64,000 bases of DNA from Octopus sinensis (GCF_006345805.1 NC_043004.1:91574001-91638000); one strand, 5' to 3'; counted from the stretch's first letter, positions 37,819-51,590 are shown. Notes: generated by a model not told the origin, from the sequence alone. Numbers and translations are program-made.

Positions 37819-38030
37819 CGACCCCGAAAGGATGAAAGGCAAAGTCGACCATGGCGGAATTTGAACTCAGAACGTAGCGGCAGACGAAAATACCGCTAAG
37901 CATTTCGCCCGGCGTGCTAACGTTTCTGCCAGCTCGCCGACTAATACAATACCTTGTTGTCATAGGTGCCCTGGGAATGATAGCAAAGGGGGGCTGATTG
38001 CTACCTAGCTCAGATACCAGGAAACCCCCA
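37817..38030. mobile_element. SINE A head/core (-) followed by a near-copy of 36620-36710 (RLE)
   Basis: Sequence identity seen by eye. Confidence 0.8.
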
Positions 38031-38865
38031 AGCAACATTATGCGCCAATAAAATGAGTACCAGTTATATTCTGGAACGATTTAGTGTTTTGCACCACCTG
38101 TGCAGCAAGGAAGGCAAAGCAAAAGCAAAAACAAAAACAAAACAAAAAAGAAAAAAAGAAAAGAAAAGAATGAAGAGAAAAATGCATTTGGCCCAGTGCC
38201 TAGTGTAAAAGGAAATCATTACTATGACCATATGCATGCTGAATATACAACAGATGAAACAGTTCTCTAGAGAATTATGAAATATAACGCTGCACGCAAT
38301 AAATTTATTGATAACGTGTGTTCCCCACTACGAACTATCCAGTATATACGCTAATTAATAATAAACCTAATACACCAATGAAAATGGCGCATGCGTCGAA
38401 TGTCATTTAATACTCACAATGTCATTAAAATTTACAAACTTAGTGACAGAAATTATTTCCGAGGTTAATTTTTGGTGGGTCAACATGTTGTTTTATTATT
38501 TTGGTGGGTCAAAATGTTTTATGAGAATTTTTCATTGCGGTCACAAGCGATTGTTATATAAGAAATGATGATGAAAATGCTGGTTCCAGTGTTGCAAGGT
38601 GTTCAGAGGATGAGAGATAAATCTAATTTCTTTTTACACTGGGATAGGACGAATGTGCCTTTGTACATAATGTTCCCAGTCTCAGAAAAGCAGATAACAG
38701 ATGTTATAATAATTCCGATTGCTCAGTTGAAACAACCGGATACACACACACACACACACACACAGACACAGATACACACACACACACACACACACAGACA
38801 CAGATACACACACACACACACACACAAACACTAACTCACATTCCCATATACACAAAAATGTATAT

Positions 38866-39095
38866 ATTTCTTTACTGCCCAGAAGGGGCTAAACATAGAG
38901 GGGACAAACAAGGACAGATGAAGGGATTGAGTCGATTATATCGCCCCCATTGCGAAACTGGTACTTCATTTATCGACCCCGAAAAGATGAAAGGCAAAGT
39001 TGACCTCGGCGGAATTTGAACTCAGAACGTAACGACAGACGAAATACCGCTAAGCATTTCGCCTGGCGCGCTAACGTGTCTGCCAGCTCGCCGCC
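38866..39095 (-). mobile_element. SINE family A, tail type 2
   Basis: Full copy. Confidence 0.92.
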
Positions 39096-39213
39096 AACAA
39101 CCACCTGCCATTCCCAAGCGAGTATGACTTGGTAACATATAACATGATTTTGCTAATTCTTACAGATGTCTTATGATAGGCGCAAGCCTAGCTGAGTGGT
39201 AAGAAGGTATGTA

Positions 39214-39450
39214 AAGGCGGCGAGCTGGCAGAAACGTTAGCACACCGGGCGAACTGCCTAGCGGTATTTCGTCTGCAGTTATGTTCTGGGTTCAAATTCC
39301 GCCGAGGTCGACTTTGCCTTTCATCCTTTCGGGGTCGATAAATTAAGTACCAGTTACGCACTGGGGTCGATGTAATCGACTTAATACCTATGTCTGTCCT
39401 TGTTTGTCCCCTCTGTGTTTAGCCTCTTGTGGGTAATAAAGAAATAGGTA
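39214..39450 (+). mobile_element. SINE family A, tail type 2
   Basis: A box GGCGAGCTGGCAGAA, B box GGGTTCAAATTCC. TSD AGGTATGTAA at 39204-39213 and 39446-39455. Confidence 0.92.
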
Positions 39451-39994
39451 TGTAATCATGAATAGACATAGACACCATCTCGACCCTTGCAACCTGGACC
39501 CAGTAGAACATCCATGTACTGCAGGGAACGGGAGCTGTGCCAATATTCAGCTGGTACTCATTACAGTTGACCAAGATGTTAGAGATGGAGGGAACGCGAA
39601 CTGCGCCAGCACTCAGCTGGTACTGGAACTGGAACAACGGCAACATGATAGGAAGTACTTTGCTCAAAGATATAATGCACCGATCGGTCAAAGAATTGAA
39701 CTCAGTGCTTCATGATCACAAATCTAACACCCTGACCATTAGGTTACGCCGGCAGTAAATTCGAACACAAGATGTAGTGAATTGATAGTAATATGAAAAA
39801 ATATTTGGCAATGAGCATTTATGAATGGTTTTGCTGAGAAAACAGTAGATGTCAGATAACAATACTTGATCGATTAAATCGATTCGACCAGTATTTCGAT
39901 TTGTACATACATTAGAAATCGTAGTTTTAGCACCAGTCTTAGATTCCTGGCAAATATGTCATTTTATTCTACTCCTACAAATTGTTGTTATTAT

Positions 39995-40700
39995 TGTTGT
40001 TTAGTTCCAGGTTGACCCTGACACAGAAGACATATGATCAAACACATTCCAGCCATGAACAACACATTTTAAAAAAAGGATTGTAACTATGACTGTATTA
40101 TCCAGTTCTCTGTTTTAAGAAGGAGGCAGCTGTCATTTGATGTTTCTAGCAGGTCGAGTGTCCGCGTACAAGCTCCGTTGTTCGCTCGATTATACAACCA
40201 GTAGGAAGCAAGCCCTCATGTAGTTGCTCGATCTGTTAGAAATAACAGCCAAATCTACCTCAGAGTACATCCCACCGTCTTAAAAAAAGTGAAAGAACAC
40301 GTTATATGAAGTAACCCTTGAGACTTTTCAAAGACGAGATAGTCACCCCTGGCATGTCTTTGATCATATACCTGCTCAACCAGGGTTAACCTGGCTTTAA
40401 AAAACAACAGCAACAACAATAGTAACTCGATTAGACACCTTACTGTTAAGCAACTTACGCAACAGAAACACCCACACCAATATAAACACCAACAAAAGGC
40501 ATAGCAGCTCCCCAACGTTGGAATCTGTATGAAGTTGGTCTTTCTGCTAGAGTTAACAGTCAAATCTGCGCCGAAACCCATCCAGCATCTTGAAACAGCA
40601 ACGATAAGCTAAATAATATGGTCTAGATAGCCCTATATCTGTCACGAGCTTGCAGGCTCATTAATCCAAAGTCTATCATGGTTTTCAGGGCTTATTATAT
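39995..40700. repeat. Three diverged copies of an unclassified interspersed repeat
   Basis: Shared motifs (TAGAAATAACAGCCAAATCT, CAGGGTTAACCTGG..TAAA). Related pieces at ~15590-15660, ~32890-33040 and ~52810-52910. Confidence 0.45.
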
Positions 40701-40909
40701 TCTAACCCGCACACCATTGAACGAACATAAATCTATCCCAGCGTTAATCTCCTGATGTTGCTGACACTAGTTTTCAGTTGCGGACGTTGAAGCAACGTGA
40801 AATGAAGTGTTTTGATGAAGAACACAGCTCAATCAGAGAATCGAAACAACGGCCTTACGATCGTGAATTCCAAACTCTAACTACTAGGCTACGCTCCTTT
40901 ACTAAATCT

Positions 40910-41303
40910 TATTATTAGAAGCACTCCGTCGGTTACGACGATGAGGGTTCCGATTGATCCGATCAACGGAACAGCCTGCTCGTGAAATTAACGTGTAAGT
41001 GGCTAAGCACTCCACAGACACGTGTACCCTTAACGTAGTTCTCGGGGATATTCAGCGTGACACAGAGAGTGACAAGGCCGGCCCTTTGAAATACAGGTAC
41101 AACAGAAACAGGAAGTAAGAGTGAGAGAAAGTTGTGGTGAAAGAGTACAGCAGGGATCACCACCATCCCCTGCCGGAGCCTCGTGGAGCTTTAGGTGTTT
41201 TCGCTCAATAAACACTCACAACGCCCGGTCTGGGTGGGAATCGAAACTGCGATCCTACGACCGCGAGTCCGCTGCCCTAACCACTGGGCCATTGCGCCTC
41301 CAC
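40910..41303 (-). mobile_element. SINE family C
   Basis: TSD TTTACTAAATCT at 40898-40909 and 41304-41315. An older SINE D head lies at ~40780-40895. Confidence 0.92.
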
Positions 41304-41604
41304 TTTACTAAATCTAGGTACTCTATGTTTGACAAATGAATAAATAAACGGGATTGTTGTGTCAGGAGTATATAGTCATGGGTCTGCTCGATCTAAGCTG
41401 ACCTGCAGTTAAAGAATAAGAGCGTAGATATTGTATGGAAGTGTAAGCCGTCTCAACAGAACATTTACTCTATTGGTAAAAGTAAGTATAAAGACAGAGA
41501 GGCAGCAGATTGATTGATCAATAGACAAATTAATTTGAAGTTAGCAACAAAGGCAATGTTATTGATAATATGAAGAGGAGCTTTGTGAATACCAATGCAA
41601 TTAA

Positions 41605-42105
<501 letters not shown>

Positions 42106-42549
42106 CAGATTGCTAGAGGTATTTCAGGACCTACTCGTTAATCTATCAAAATAACTCTTATCTAGCGAAGACCAAATATATTTTCATAATCATTTGTGCA
42201 CCTGGTCTCGACAAGCTTTCTTAAAAAGAACCCAGCTTCAGTATTGAATACTGCTTCAACACAGGACCGGAACCCGTGACATCTATCTACTAACTGGTCC
42301 TTATTCATTTCGGACACCATGTGGACAATGGCGGCCTTCTGTGAGAACTATGAGTTTTGAGAATGTCAATTAACCAACATTTCAACAACGCTCCAAACGT
42401 AGTAGTCTATGTGGCCACAAGTTGGGTGTTATACAATCGAAAAGAATATCTGACATCCATCCTTGGGTTACGTGAGCTTTGTAAAAAAGTTCTGATCCCT
42501 GTTGAGATACGTATGGCCTTCCTCAAATACCCCTCGCACCGTGCACACA

Positions 42550-42607
<58 letters not shown>

Positions 42608-42629
42608 CAACACACACACACACACACCA

Positions 42630-42688
<59 letters not shown>

Positions 42689-42784
42689 ACGGGAAGGTTT
42701 ACGAAAATAAACAAAAGACGAAGGCAAGTGGAGTACAAACAAACAAATGTATTAGTATGGCGCTCAGGAATAGAAACAGAACAA

Positions 42785-42826
42785 GTCTTTTACATTTCGA
42801 GCCTACGCTCTTCGACAGAAAGATAC
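42785..42826 (-). ncRNA. Minimal type I hammerhead-ribozyme-like motif (variant core)
   Basis: Minus strand UCUUU-CUGUCGA-A-GAGC(GUAG)GCUC-GAAA-U-GUA-AAAGA. Stem I is 5 bp and stem II 4 bp. The core deviates from CUGANGA. Confidence 0.5.
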
Positions 42827-43049
42827 ACAGAAAAGAAACAAGGAGAGAAAAAAAATGCGTGTAGGAGCTATCGGTCCAAGGGACTCTCCCATCGTTTGGT
42901 TCGGCAATTTCTTGCCGAACAACGACACAGACGATTTGTTTGTTGTGATCAAATATTTGTGTTTACATAAGCTCAGTCCCTCCATCAAATCGACATTACC
43001 TGTACAGGTGTATCGTGTGCCACATATCAGATGACGAAATGATCGCAGA

Positions 43050-43168
43050 GCAACGTGAAATGAAGTGCTTTGCCCAAGAACATAACGCAACGTCCGGTCT
43101 GGGAATTGAAACCACGAGCTCGCAATCTTGAGTGCAACACCCTAACTACTAAGCCATGCGCCTTCACG
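43050..43168 (-). mobile_element. SINE family D 5' part
   Basis: GAGCAACGTGAAATGAAGTG...CCTAACTACTAAGCCATGCGCCTTCA. Confidence 0.75.
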
Positions 43169-43419
43169 CGCGCACACGCGCGTATGCATAAATATTCATG
43201 TGCGACAGAAGCAGTATTAGTTTAAAAGAGCAATATTTAAAGCAAAGCAGATTTGTAAATAAGACAAAGAAAGTCATCCAGTAACGGTCGTGTACTAGAT
43301 ACGCATTTCTGCCTCTTTGGGTTTCGTCAGAAGCAAGTATCTACTGCTAGTTGCATGGTAAGACAAAATCCACCGTTACTGAAATAGCAAAAGTTTTCCA
43401 CCTTTTAAACAACTGTAGC

Positions 43420-44030
43420 TATGCCAGTCGTCGAAAATTTTTTTAAGTTACGAAAGTTTTTAAAAATTACATTCTCCCGCCCACAACATGAATATTATTA
43501 AATTTTAAAGGAAAATGCCATTAAAAACATATTCTACCACTACTAATTTTGACTTGAACTAAACTATCTCAACGTTTTTAAATGTGAATAGATATTACAC
43601 AAATTTATTCACAAACCAATACAATAGCATTAAACCCAACACACGCTGCACAGAAGTTAATTGCTTAACTAAGAACATAGTTAACCAATACACTTTTGAC
43701 AAAAATAATTCAGCCAAGGCCTACACTGGAATTACCCACAACGATTTCAAATTTATTTTGTAATTTATACAGCCACTTATATTCTGATAGTTACATCGAG
43801 AGAAACAACACTTCATTGGCTAACTAGATTTGGAATTTAAAAAAAATACATCTACCATCTTAAAATCTAAACTGAAAAAGTCTCGTCTAAAGCCAGATCT
43901 TATGCTGGGAACAAGAATCTCTACAATTTCTGCAATCCAGATAATTTGGAAATACTTTTTGCCAAAGATCTAACCTTTAATGGGCACCCAGGAAGGGATT
44001 CTTGTATTAACAGCACTTTTGAGGATTACA
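43420..44030 (+). pseudogene. Penelope-like element GIY-YIG remnant
   Basis: NCLTKNIV...KAYTGITHNDFK, TSLAN*IWNLK, KARSY...NFCN..NLEILF. Confidence 0.65.
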
Positions 44031-44115
44031 TTTTCCAACAGCGAATTTTCCCTACGGTTAATATTACCTTCTTCGTGATTTTGTTGCTTGTTTTATTATT
44101 CTATTATTCCTCCCC

Positions 44116-44515
44116 AGGAGTGGCTGTGTGGTAAGTAGCTTGCTAACCAGCCACATGGTTCCGGGTTCAGTCCCACTGCGTGGCATCTTGGGCAAGTGTC
44201 TTCTGCTATAGCCCCGGGCCGACCAATGCCTTGTGAGTGGATTTGGTAGACGGAAACTGAAAGAAGCCTGTCGTATATATATATAAGTATGTGTGTATAT
44301 GTTTGTGTGTCTGTGTTTGTCCCCCTAGCATTGCTTGACAACCGATGCTGGTGTGTTTACGTCCCCGTCACTTAGCGGTTCGGCAAAAGAGACCGATAGA
44401 ATAAGTACTGGGCTTACAAAAAGAATAAGTCCCGGGGTCGATTTGCTCGACTAAAGGCGGTGCTCCAGCATGGCCGCAGTCAAAATGACTGAAACAAGTA
44501 AAAGAGTAAAAAGAG
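44116..44515 (+). mobile_element. SINE family B
   Basis: Near-identical to the other B copies. Confidence 0.92.
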
Positions 44516-45853
44516 CAACTCATTTCTCTTTCCAGATCTTCTCTGATATTAACAAAATCTATGTAATTTATTGTACAAACTTTTACAGCAATATTTTTTG
44601 CGCTATATAATTCAGGTCTTTAAGTACGTGTAAATGTATTTGTAATTTAAGTATATCTCCATTCTTATTATCTGCATTAACATCAGTATCTACCATAGTT
44701 TTGATTACTATCTTACTACACCGTCTAAACTTATTCTTCATACTCATTCCTACATTTACAGTTTTTTATAATATTCAGGTCTTTCATTGTGCATAGTTTT
44801 CTTTTAACTAATTTGTCATTCCTTTACAATTCTACTTCCTATTAAATTTAGCTAATTCTTTTCGCAGAATTTATTTTATTTTATTTTATTATAATTTCAA
44901 TTCCATTAGATCGTGTAACATGATTTACCTTCCCATCTCAATTTATTGATATAACCAAGAATTCATTACTACTCAATGCAATATATATCTTGTTTTGCTT
45001 TATCTTTCTTTTCCTCTTCTTAAAATAACATACTGAACACATCATCTTTACTATTGCCTGCTTTATTCCATTTCATTGTTATATCTCTCAGTTCTAATAA
45101 AATTAGATTCTAATTATGTCACCTGGGCCACTAGAATCTTACCTGTTCGCTGTAACAAAAGTAGATTTTTTTAGCACAATCTTTATTTATATCATTATCA
45201 ATGTATGTATTTATTGATGTACATTTCTTTACTGATATCTTTCCATCTTAATTATCCTCATCGTTCATACACCAGCCTTTCATATTTTATCCTATTTTTC
45301 TTATGCTTGACTCCAAATAAGCCTTTTACTCATATTTCCTTTCCAGTTACATTATTATACGATTATAGCATAACTCACATGATTAATCCTCTGGTTTATT
45401 TAGATTTTCGATATCCCTTAATATCACTAAATTTTCCTTATCGTTTCAAACCCTCTTCGTGCTTTCCCATCTTCGTAACCTTACTTATCTCCCTTGTTAT
45501 GTATAACTTGCACTGAAGACAGTCATATTTTCTCCAGTTTATTTTTCCTATATCACATTTCCTCCAATCTATTTTCCCTATATATTTCTGATACTAGGAG
45601 TTTAACTTCTCAAGGATTCTTTAAATCTACAGTTACCTCATTCTTAGATATATTTTTCTTACATGAAACGAATTAGCGTTTTCTTAAAAGATTATTCTAA
45701 TTAAATTATTTCCGCACACCATATATTAAGTACTTTTACTGCTGAATGTGGATAGCCTCGTTGTTACTAGCATACACCTTCAATTATAAATCACGATGTG
45801 TGTGTGAGTGTGTCTGTGTGCACACGCGAGCGGATATTCACGCATGTATATAT

Positions 45854-45885
<32 letters not shown>

Positions 45886-45961
45886 ATATATATCTATATA
45901 TATATATATATATATATACATATATATATACATATATATATACGTATATATATAATATATA

Positions 45962-45996
<35 letters not shown>

Positions 45997-46000
<4 letters not shown>

Positions 46001-46185
46001 TTATATATAGAGGGGGCATTATACATACATGCCAGAAGGCATTATACATACATGCCACACGCTAAGAGGGACAATTAGTCATTTCTACCATTTTGGTAGA
46101 AATGACTAATTGTCCCTCTTAGCTTGTGGCATGTATGTATAATGCCTTCTGGCATGTATGTATAATGCCCTCTATATATAAATTA
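45997..46185. repeat. Near-perfect palindrome, ~93-bp arms, 3-nt loop
   Basis: Centre ...ATTTCTACCA-TTT-TGGTAGAAAT.... The arms end at TAATTTATATATAGAGGG / CCCTCTATATATAAATTA. Confidence 0.95.
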
Positions 46186-46298
46186 ATATGTTCAATAAGA
46201 ATAATTATTTTCGAAATTTTTTCTCTTATGAGGTTTTCACGCTATCTACCTGACAATTTCTTGTTAAGTTTTCCTTATTAAGTAGTTGTCCTTATTGC

Positions 46299-46347
<49 letters not shown>

Positions 46348-46352
46348 CTATA

Positions 46353-46416
<64 letters not shown>

Positions 46417-46659
46417 GTGTGTGTGTGTGTGTGTTGTGTGTGTTGTATGCTTTGCTTCTCATGAATTCTCAACTCTTTGATCAAGTCGCAGGGGCAGCGA
46501 CTTACAGCGAGTCTCTTCTCTTTCAGAAGAGAGAAAGAAAAGAATTAACTCCTTTTCTTATATCGAAATCGAAAGGAAAAAGGTGTTGAGAGCTAGAATG
46601 ATTACCGCAAAGCAATTTAGCCTATGTTCTAACAACTCTGTCAATTGGCCGCCCATGCA

Positions 46660-46678
46660 CATCTATTTGTCTATCTAG

Positions 46679-46773
<95 letters not shown>

Positions 46774-46775
46774 CA

Positions 46776-46862
<87 letters not shown>

Positions 46863-47396
46863 TTGTCTGTCTATCTCTCTGTCTGTCTGTCTCTCTGATC
46901 TACTTAATTTGTGTGTGTGTGTGTATGTGTGTATCTATGTATGCATGTATGTATATTTATTTATTTATCTACAGAGACAGAGAGAGATGCTTTCTCATAA
47001 AGGCGCATAACCAACATAATAACTTACACACACACACACGAGCGCACACACACATACACCTACCCACACTCACACACACATGCACACACACACATACATA
47101 CACGCAACAGCACGTTTTACCACTCTGCTCTCATTCACTGATTATTTCTGCATCACCCAAATAGTTACTAACGTCTATGACGAGTCTGTATATAGTCAGT
47201 TGTCAATATCTCATGTGAAAGACGAGAGAAGTAGGAATGGAAATTATAATGTAGCACAGTTGTCTTGGAATAGAATATGGTAACACCTCACCCAGCCCCA
47301 CAAATTTAGATGAGACACTTATAAGCACTGGTGTATAGATAACAGATTACAAAAAATTAGACCATTTCTATTTATATAACACACACACCACACACA

Positions 47397-47448
<52 letters not shown>

Positions 47449-47552
47449 CTCACTCTCTCTCCTCTTTATTTAGCATGTATATTTGTATGTGTGTGTGTGT
47501 ATAGTTATATGTATATATGTACACATATATATGTATATATATCACACACACT

Positions 47553-47588
<36 letters not shown>

Positions 47589-48014
47589 CATTTATAGATT
47601 ATAGACAGGAGCGAGAGAATTATATAAATACATATAAGGTCTAAATGTGTGTGTCTAAGAGTGTGTTTGTGTGTGTGTGTATATATATATATATATTGTG
47701 GATATGGAGCACGAAAACTGTGAGGAAGCCTGTTATGTGTGTATATATATATATATTATATATATATATATATATATATTATATATGTATGTATATATAT
47801 ACACACATACATCCATATCTGCATATATGTAATGAATGCACACACACACACACACACACACCATTGAAAAATGTAGAAGTATCGAGAAATATGTAAATAA
47901 ACCACTTCACGGTGTTTGACAGTTATAAATAATACCTTGTAATATTTTGAGTTGAAAAAGGCAGAAGGCTACCTGCTGTTTTCACATAGAGATATACCGT
48001 TAAATTGAAATGTG

Positions 48015-48049
<35 letters not shown>

Positions 48050-48145
48050 TGACTGTATATACATACATGTGTATATCTGTCTGTATGTATGTATAAGTGT
48101 GTAGTATATGTATGTATGCATATATATATGCGTGTGTTTGTGTGT

Positions 48146-48184
<39 letters not shown>

Positions 48185-48195
48185 TGTGTGTGTGA
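46660..48195. repeat. Region dominated by (TCTA)n, (CA)n, (TA)n and (TG)n microsatellites
   Basis: Visible, with short unique spacers. Confidence 0.85.
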
Positions 48196-48951
48196 GGAAC
48201 GTCTTATCTTTTAGAGATGCTGGCCAAATATCTTCTACTACATACTCGCATTGACCAGTATTTTTTTTTCAGTGTCAGTTGCTAGACGTCATCTTTGTAG
48301 AAGCACATGTGTGTGCGTGTATATGTGTGTGCAGAACTGGGCCTCTGTACTCACCTTTACCACCACCACCATCACCACCACAGCTAACAACAACAACAAC
48401 AACCAAACCACTACAAATCTGAAGTGAGGCCCTCAAGAGAGTACTGTTTCTATATGTGAGGAGATTTTGCTGTTACACTCCCTGACACATTCAAGGAAAA
48501 TCCACCCGACTGACTTGCATGATGTTGTTTGCCAATACACTGCTACATGTATTCCACAGTCGAGTTCTCTGTCTCCAGTCTAGCTTTTCTATCGCTGCTA
48601 AATTTGCTACTGTTCTTGTGATTTTGCTAGTTTCCTGCTAGTTTTACAGGGCAATTCTCAATCCACTCACACGTCTCTCATCCTCTTGTCGTCCATATTG
48701 ATCTGCAGTAAACATTAACCCAATCCATCCTCCCAAAATCTCTAGCCATTGGAATTCCCACTGGCCTATATTTTTCATGCACCATAGATTTGCAACTGTT
48801 TAAGAGAAATGTTAACTACGTCCATCTCATTGGTCTGAGAGGGTGATCAAAGACTATAGAATATAGTCACAGCCTTTTCCAGACTAATCCAGTTACGACT
48901 GATTAAAAAAAATCGTGGCAGGGTTGATTTTGACTCATCCTTTTGGGGGTT

Positions 48952-49140
48952 TAAGTTAAGTTAAGTTAAGTTAATTTTTTTGGCTCAAAAAGCAAAAAGC
49001 AAGGCCATGTAGGGGGACATGGAGTTATATACAGGGTGGTGTAAAGAGTTCAGGCCATTTCTGGTCAAGAGAGACTTTGAACCGAGCGGTCGTCGGCATC
49101 TTCACTATCTCGTCCGGCAGCTTACTCCACGGATCCGCAG
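48952..49140 (-). mobile_element. CR1 3' end inserted into an old SINE A (+)
   Basis: Matches 29109-29275 including the (TTAAG)n tail. The SINE core TTTTGACTCATCCTTTTGGGGG resumes as GAAGTACCAG after the insert. Confidence 0.85.
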
Positions 49141-49431
49141 CATGAAGTACCAGTAAAGTTGTGAGAGCAATATAATCACTGTAATCTTTCCTTCAAGCGT
49201 TAGGTCTCTCTACCTATGTTAGAAAACAATTATGTAGTGCTGCAGGGGCTTGGGATCAATCTTTCTTACTACTCTGTAGTACCTATTTCCAGCTACTTAG
49301 GCTGGGTTATCTGAGTATCAAAATGTGTTGGTCAAGGCTAGAAATAAAAGACGCCGACAAGGTACGAAGACTCAAAATCTTGGTTTGCTCTAAGTTATCC
49401 CACACTTAACATTTTTATAATCTATCCCCCT

Positions 49432-49472
<41 letters not shown>

Positions 49473-49473
49473 A

Positions 49474-49556
<83 letters not shown>

Positions 49557-50375
49557 ATATCTATCTACCTATCTATCTGTTACACATTCATATCTATGTG
49601 TATACGTGAATAGAATACATCCCCACTTTTGGCACTATTTTTATTAGTGAACAGTACAAACTGTGTGTAAAGTAATAAATGTATCACTACGCTGAATGTC
49701 GAGGTCCGTGTAACATGAAAAGTAAATAAACACGTAAAACAATAACAATGGCTTTCATATTGGTTGTCTATCCCATTAGAAACCAAACTACTCATAACAC
49801 TATCTATCTCCTCTTTACCTTTGGATTTCAGATATCCAAAGTTTCGTTTTTGATATACTGAAGTTACTATGACTGGATACGAAATCCTGCTGGTTTCCTT
49901 GTACACTAATCGATCCGAGCTTACGTCACAACTAATCTATTAAAATACTTGTAAATATGCAGTTCAGCTTATATTCTCACAAACGTAATACCGTTGACGA
50001 CAGGCCAACACTTCAGTCCAATCCATTTATATCATACTAACATTTTAAACAGCTAATTACAATATCATCTAGCATTCTCCCATTAACTAGTCATTAAACG
50101 ATATTTTTTTTTACTCTAATAACACAGGAATTGGAAACATCTACATGTCGTTCATCATTTTTTGTTGTTGTTGTTGTTGCTGCTGTTTAAAGACATTTTT
50201 CTGTGTATGCGTCAAGGAAACGAGGGTTATAAGCTCAAACCTATAGATGTCGTAGTGTCAGCGTTGTCTCGTTGATTCTACTCATCAGCGGACTGAAAGG
50301 TATGAAACAGACAATAATTGAACTGTGTGAACATGTGGACCAGCTAATCAGGTCATGTGTGTTTGTACTCGTAGT

Positions 50376-50422
<47 letters not shown>

Positions 50423-50884
50423 ACACACACACACTCACTCACGGTGCATGTATATATGTATGCTATATGCACTTCTGCTAGAAGTATTTATCGAGTGCTT
50501 TTGTGTCTTTGTACGACACAGCGCAATCAAACACAATGTGATATTTACTAGCAGCCATTTGAGAGTACTTCAGTCACAATCAAGACTTATTATTATCAAA
50601 CGTGACGTGGGTGTTACCTCTATTACGTTAGATCTGCGAAGGTGAACACACACACACACACACACATTCAAATATATACTCATATATAAATATTTGTGAG
50701 TGAAAGCTTATAATATATACATATAATAGATTTATGTATACACACAAGTATAATAGTGTAAATTCATAAATGTATGCATATATATGTGTGTGTGTGTGTG
50801 TGTGTACATTTTTATATGTGTATATATACGCATGTGCGTGCAACAGTGTGTATGTATACGTATATACATATGTATATTTACATT

Positions 50885-50915
<31 letters not shown>

Positions 50916-51356
50916 GTATTTATATTTGTCACATATATGCATATGGTTATATATATATATGCATTTATGTATGTGCATGAACATGTCTTTGTGTGTAGTC
51001 GTATATGTGCATCTGTGTAAATGATGTTGATGATGATGATGATCATCATCATCATCATCACCATCACCACCACCACCACCATCATCATCATCGTCATCGT
51101 CATCATCATCATAATAGAAAATATAAAGTAGAATCTGTTTCAGCGCTCAGAATCGGACTCAATGTAAATTTTCTTTTTTTTCTACATACCACAGAGCCTT
51201 TTGTCGATCACCCTACTGATAATGCTAATTCATCCGCTTAGAAACATCAATAACAAAAACAACAGTAGCAATAGAAACAAACAAACAAACAAACAAAATA
51301 CTGTTTCTACCTAGGCACAAAAGTTGAAACTTTTGGTGTGAAAGGAGTTAGTCAAT

Positions 51357-51590
51357 ACCTATTTCTTTACTACCCACAAGGGGCTAAACACAGAGAAGAC
51401 AAACAAGGACAGACAAACGGATTAAGTCGATTATATCGACCCCAGTGCGTAACTGGTACTTAATTTATCGACCCCGAAAGGATGAAAGGCAAAGTCGACC
51501 TCGGCGGAATTTGAACTCAGAACGTAACGGCAGACGAAATACGGCTACGCATTTCGCCCAGCGTGCTAACGTTTCTGCCAGCTCGCCGCA
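51357..51590 (-). mobile_element. SINE family A, tail type 2
   Basis: Full copy. An older type 1 copy lies at 51745-51935. Confidence 0.92.

Noticed and set aside
42120-42500. Possible further PLE or LINE relics (also 48420-48870 and 49580-49920)
   Set aside because: Too degraded to identify by eye.
44520-45560. Possible minus-strand LINE endonuclease remnant
   Set aside because: Only faint motif resemblance in very AT-rich sequence; it cannot be supported without a profile search.
50255-50305. Hammerhead-like CTGATGAGT...ACGAGAC on the minus strand
   Set aside because: GAAA is replaced by GAGA and there are no convincing stems I or III.
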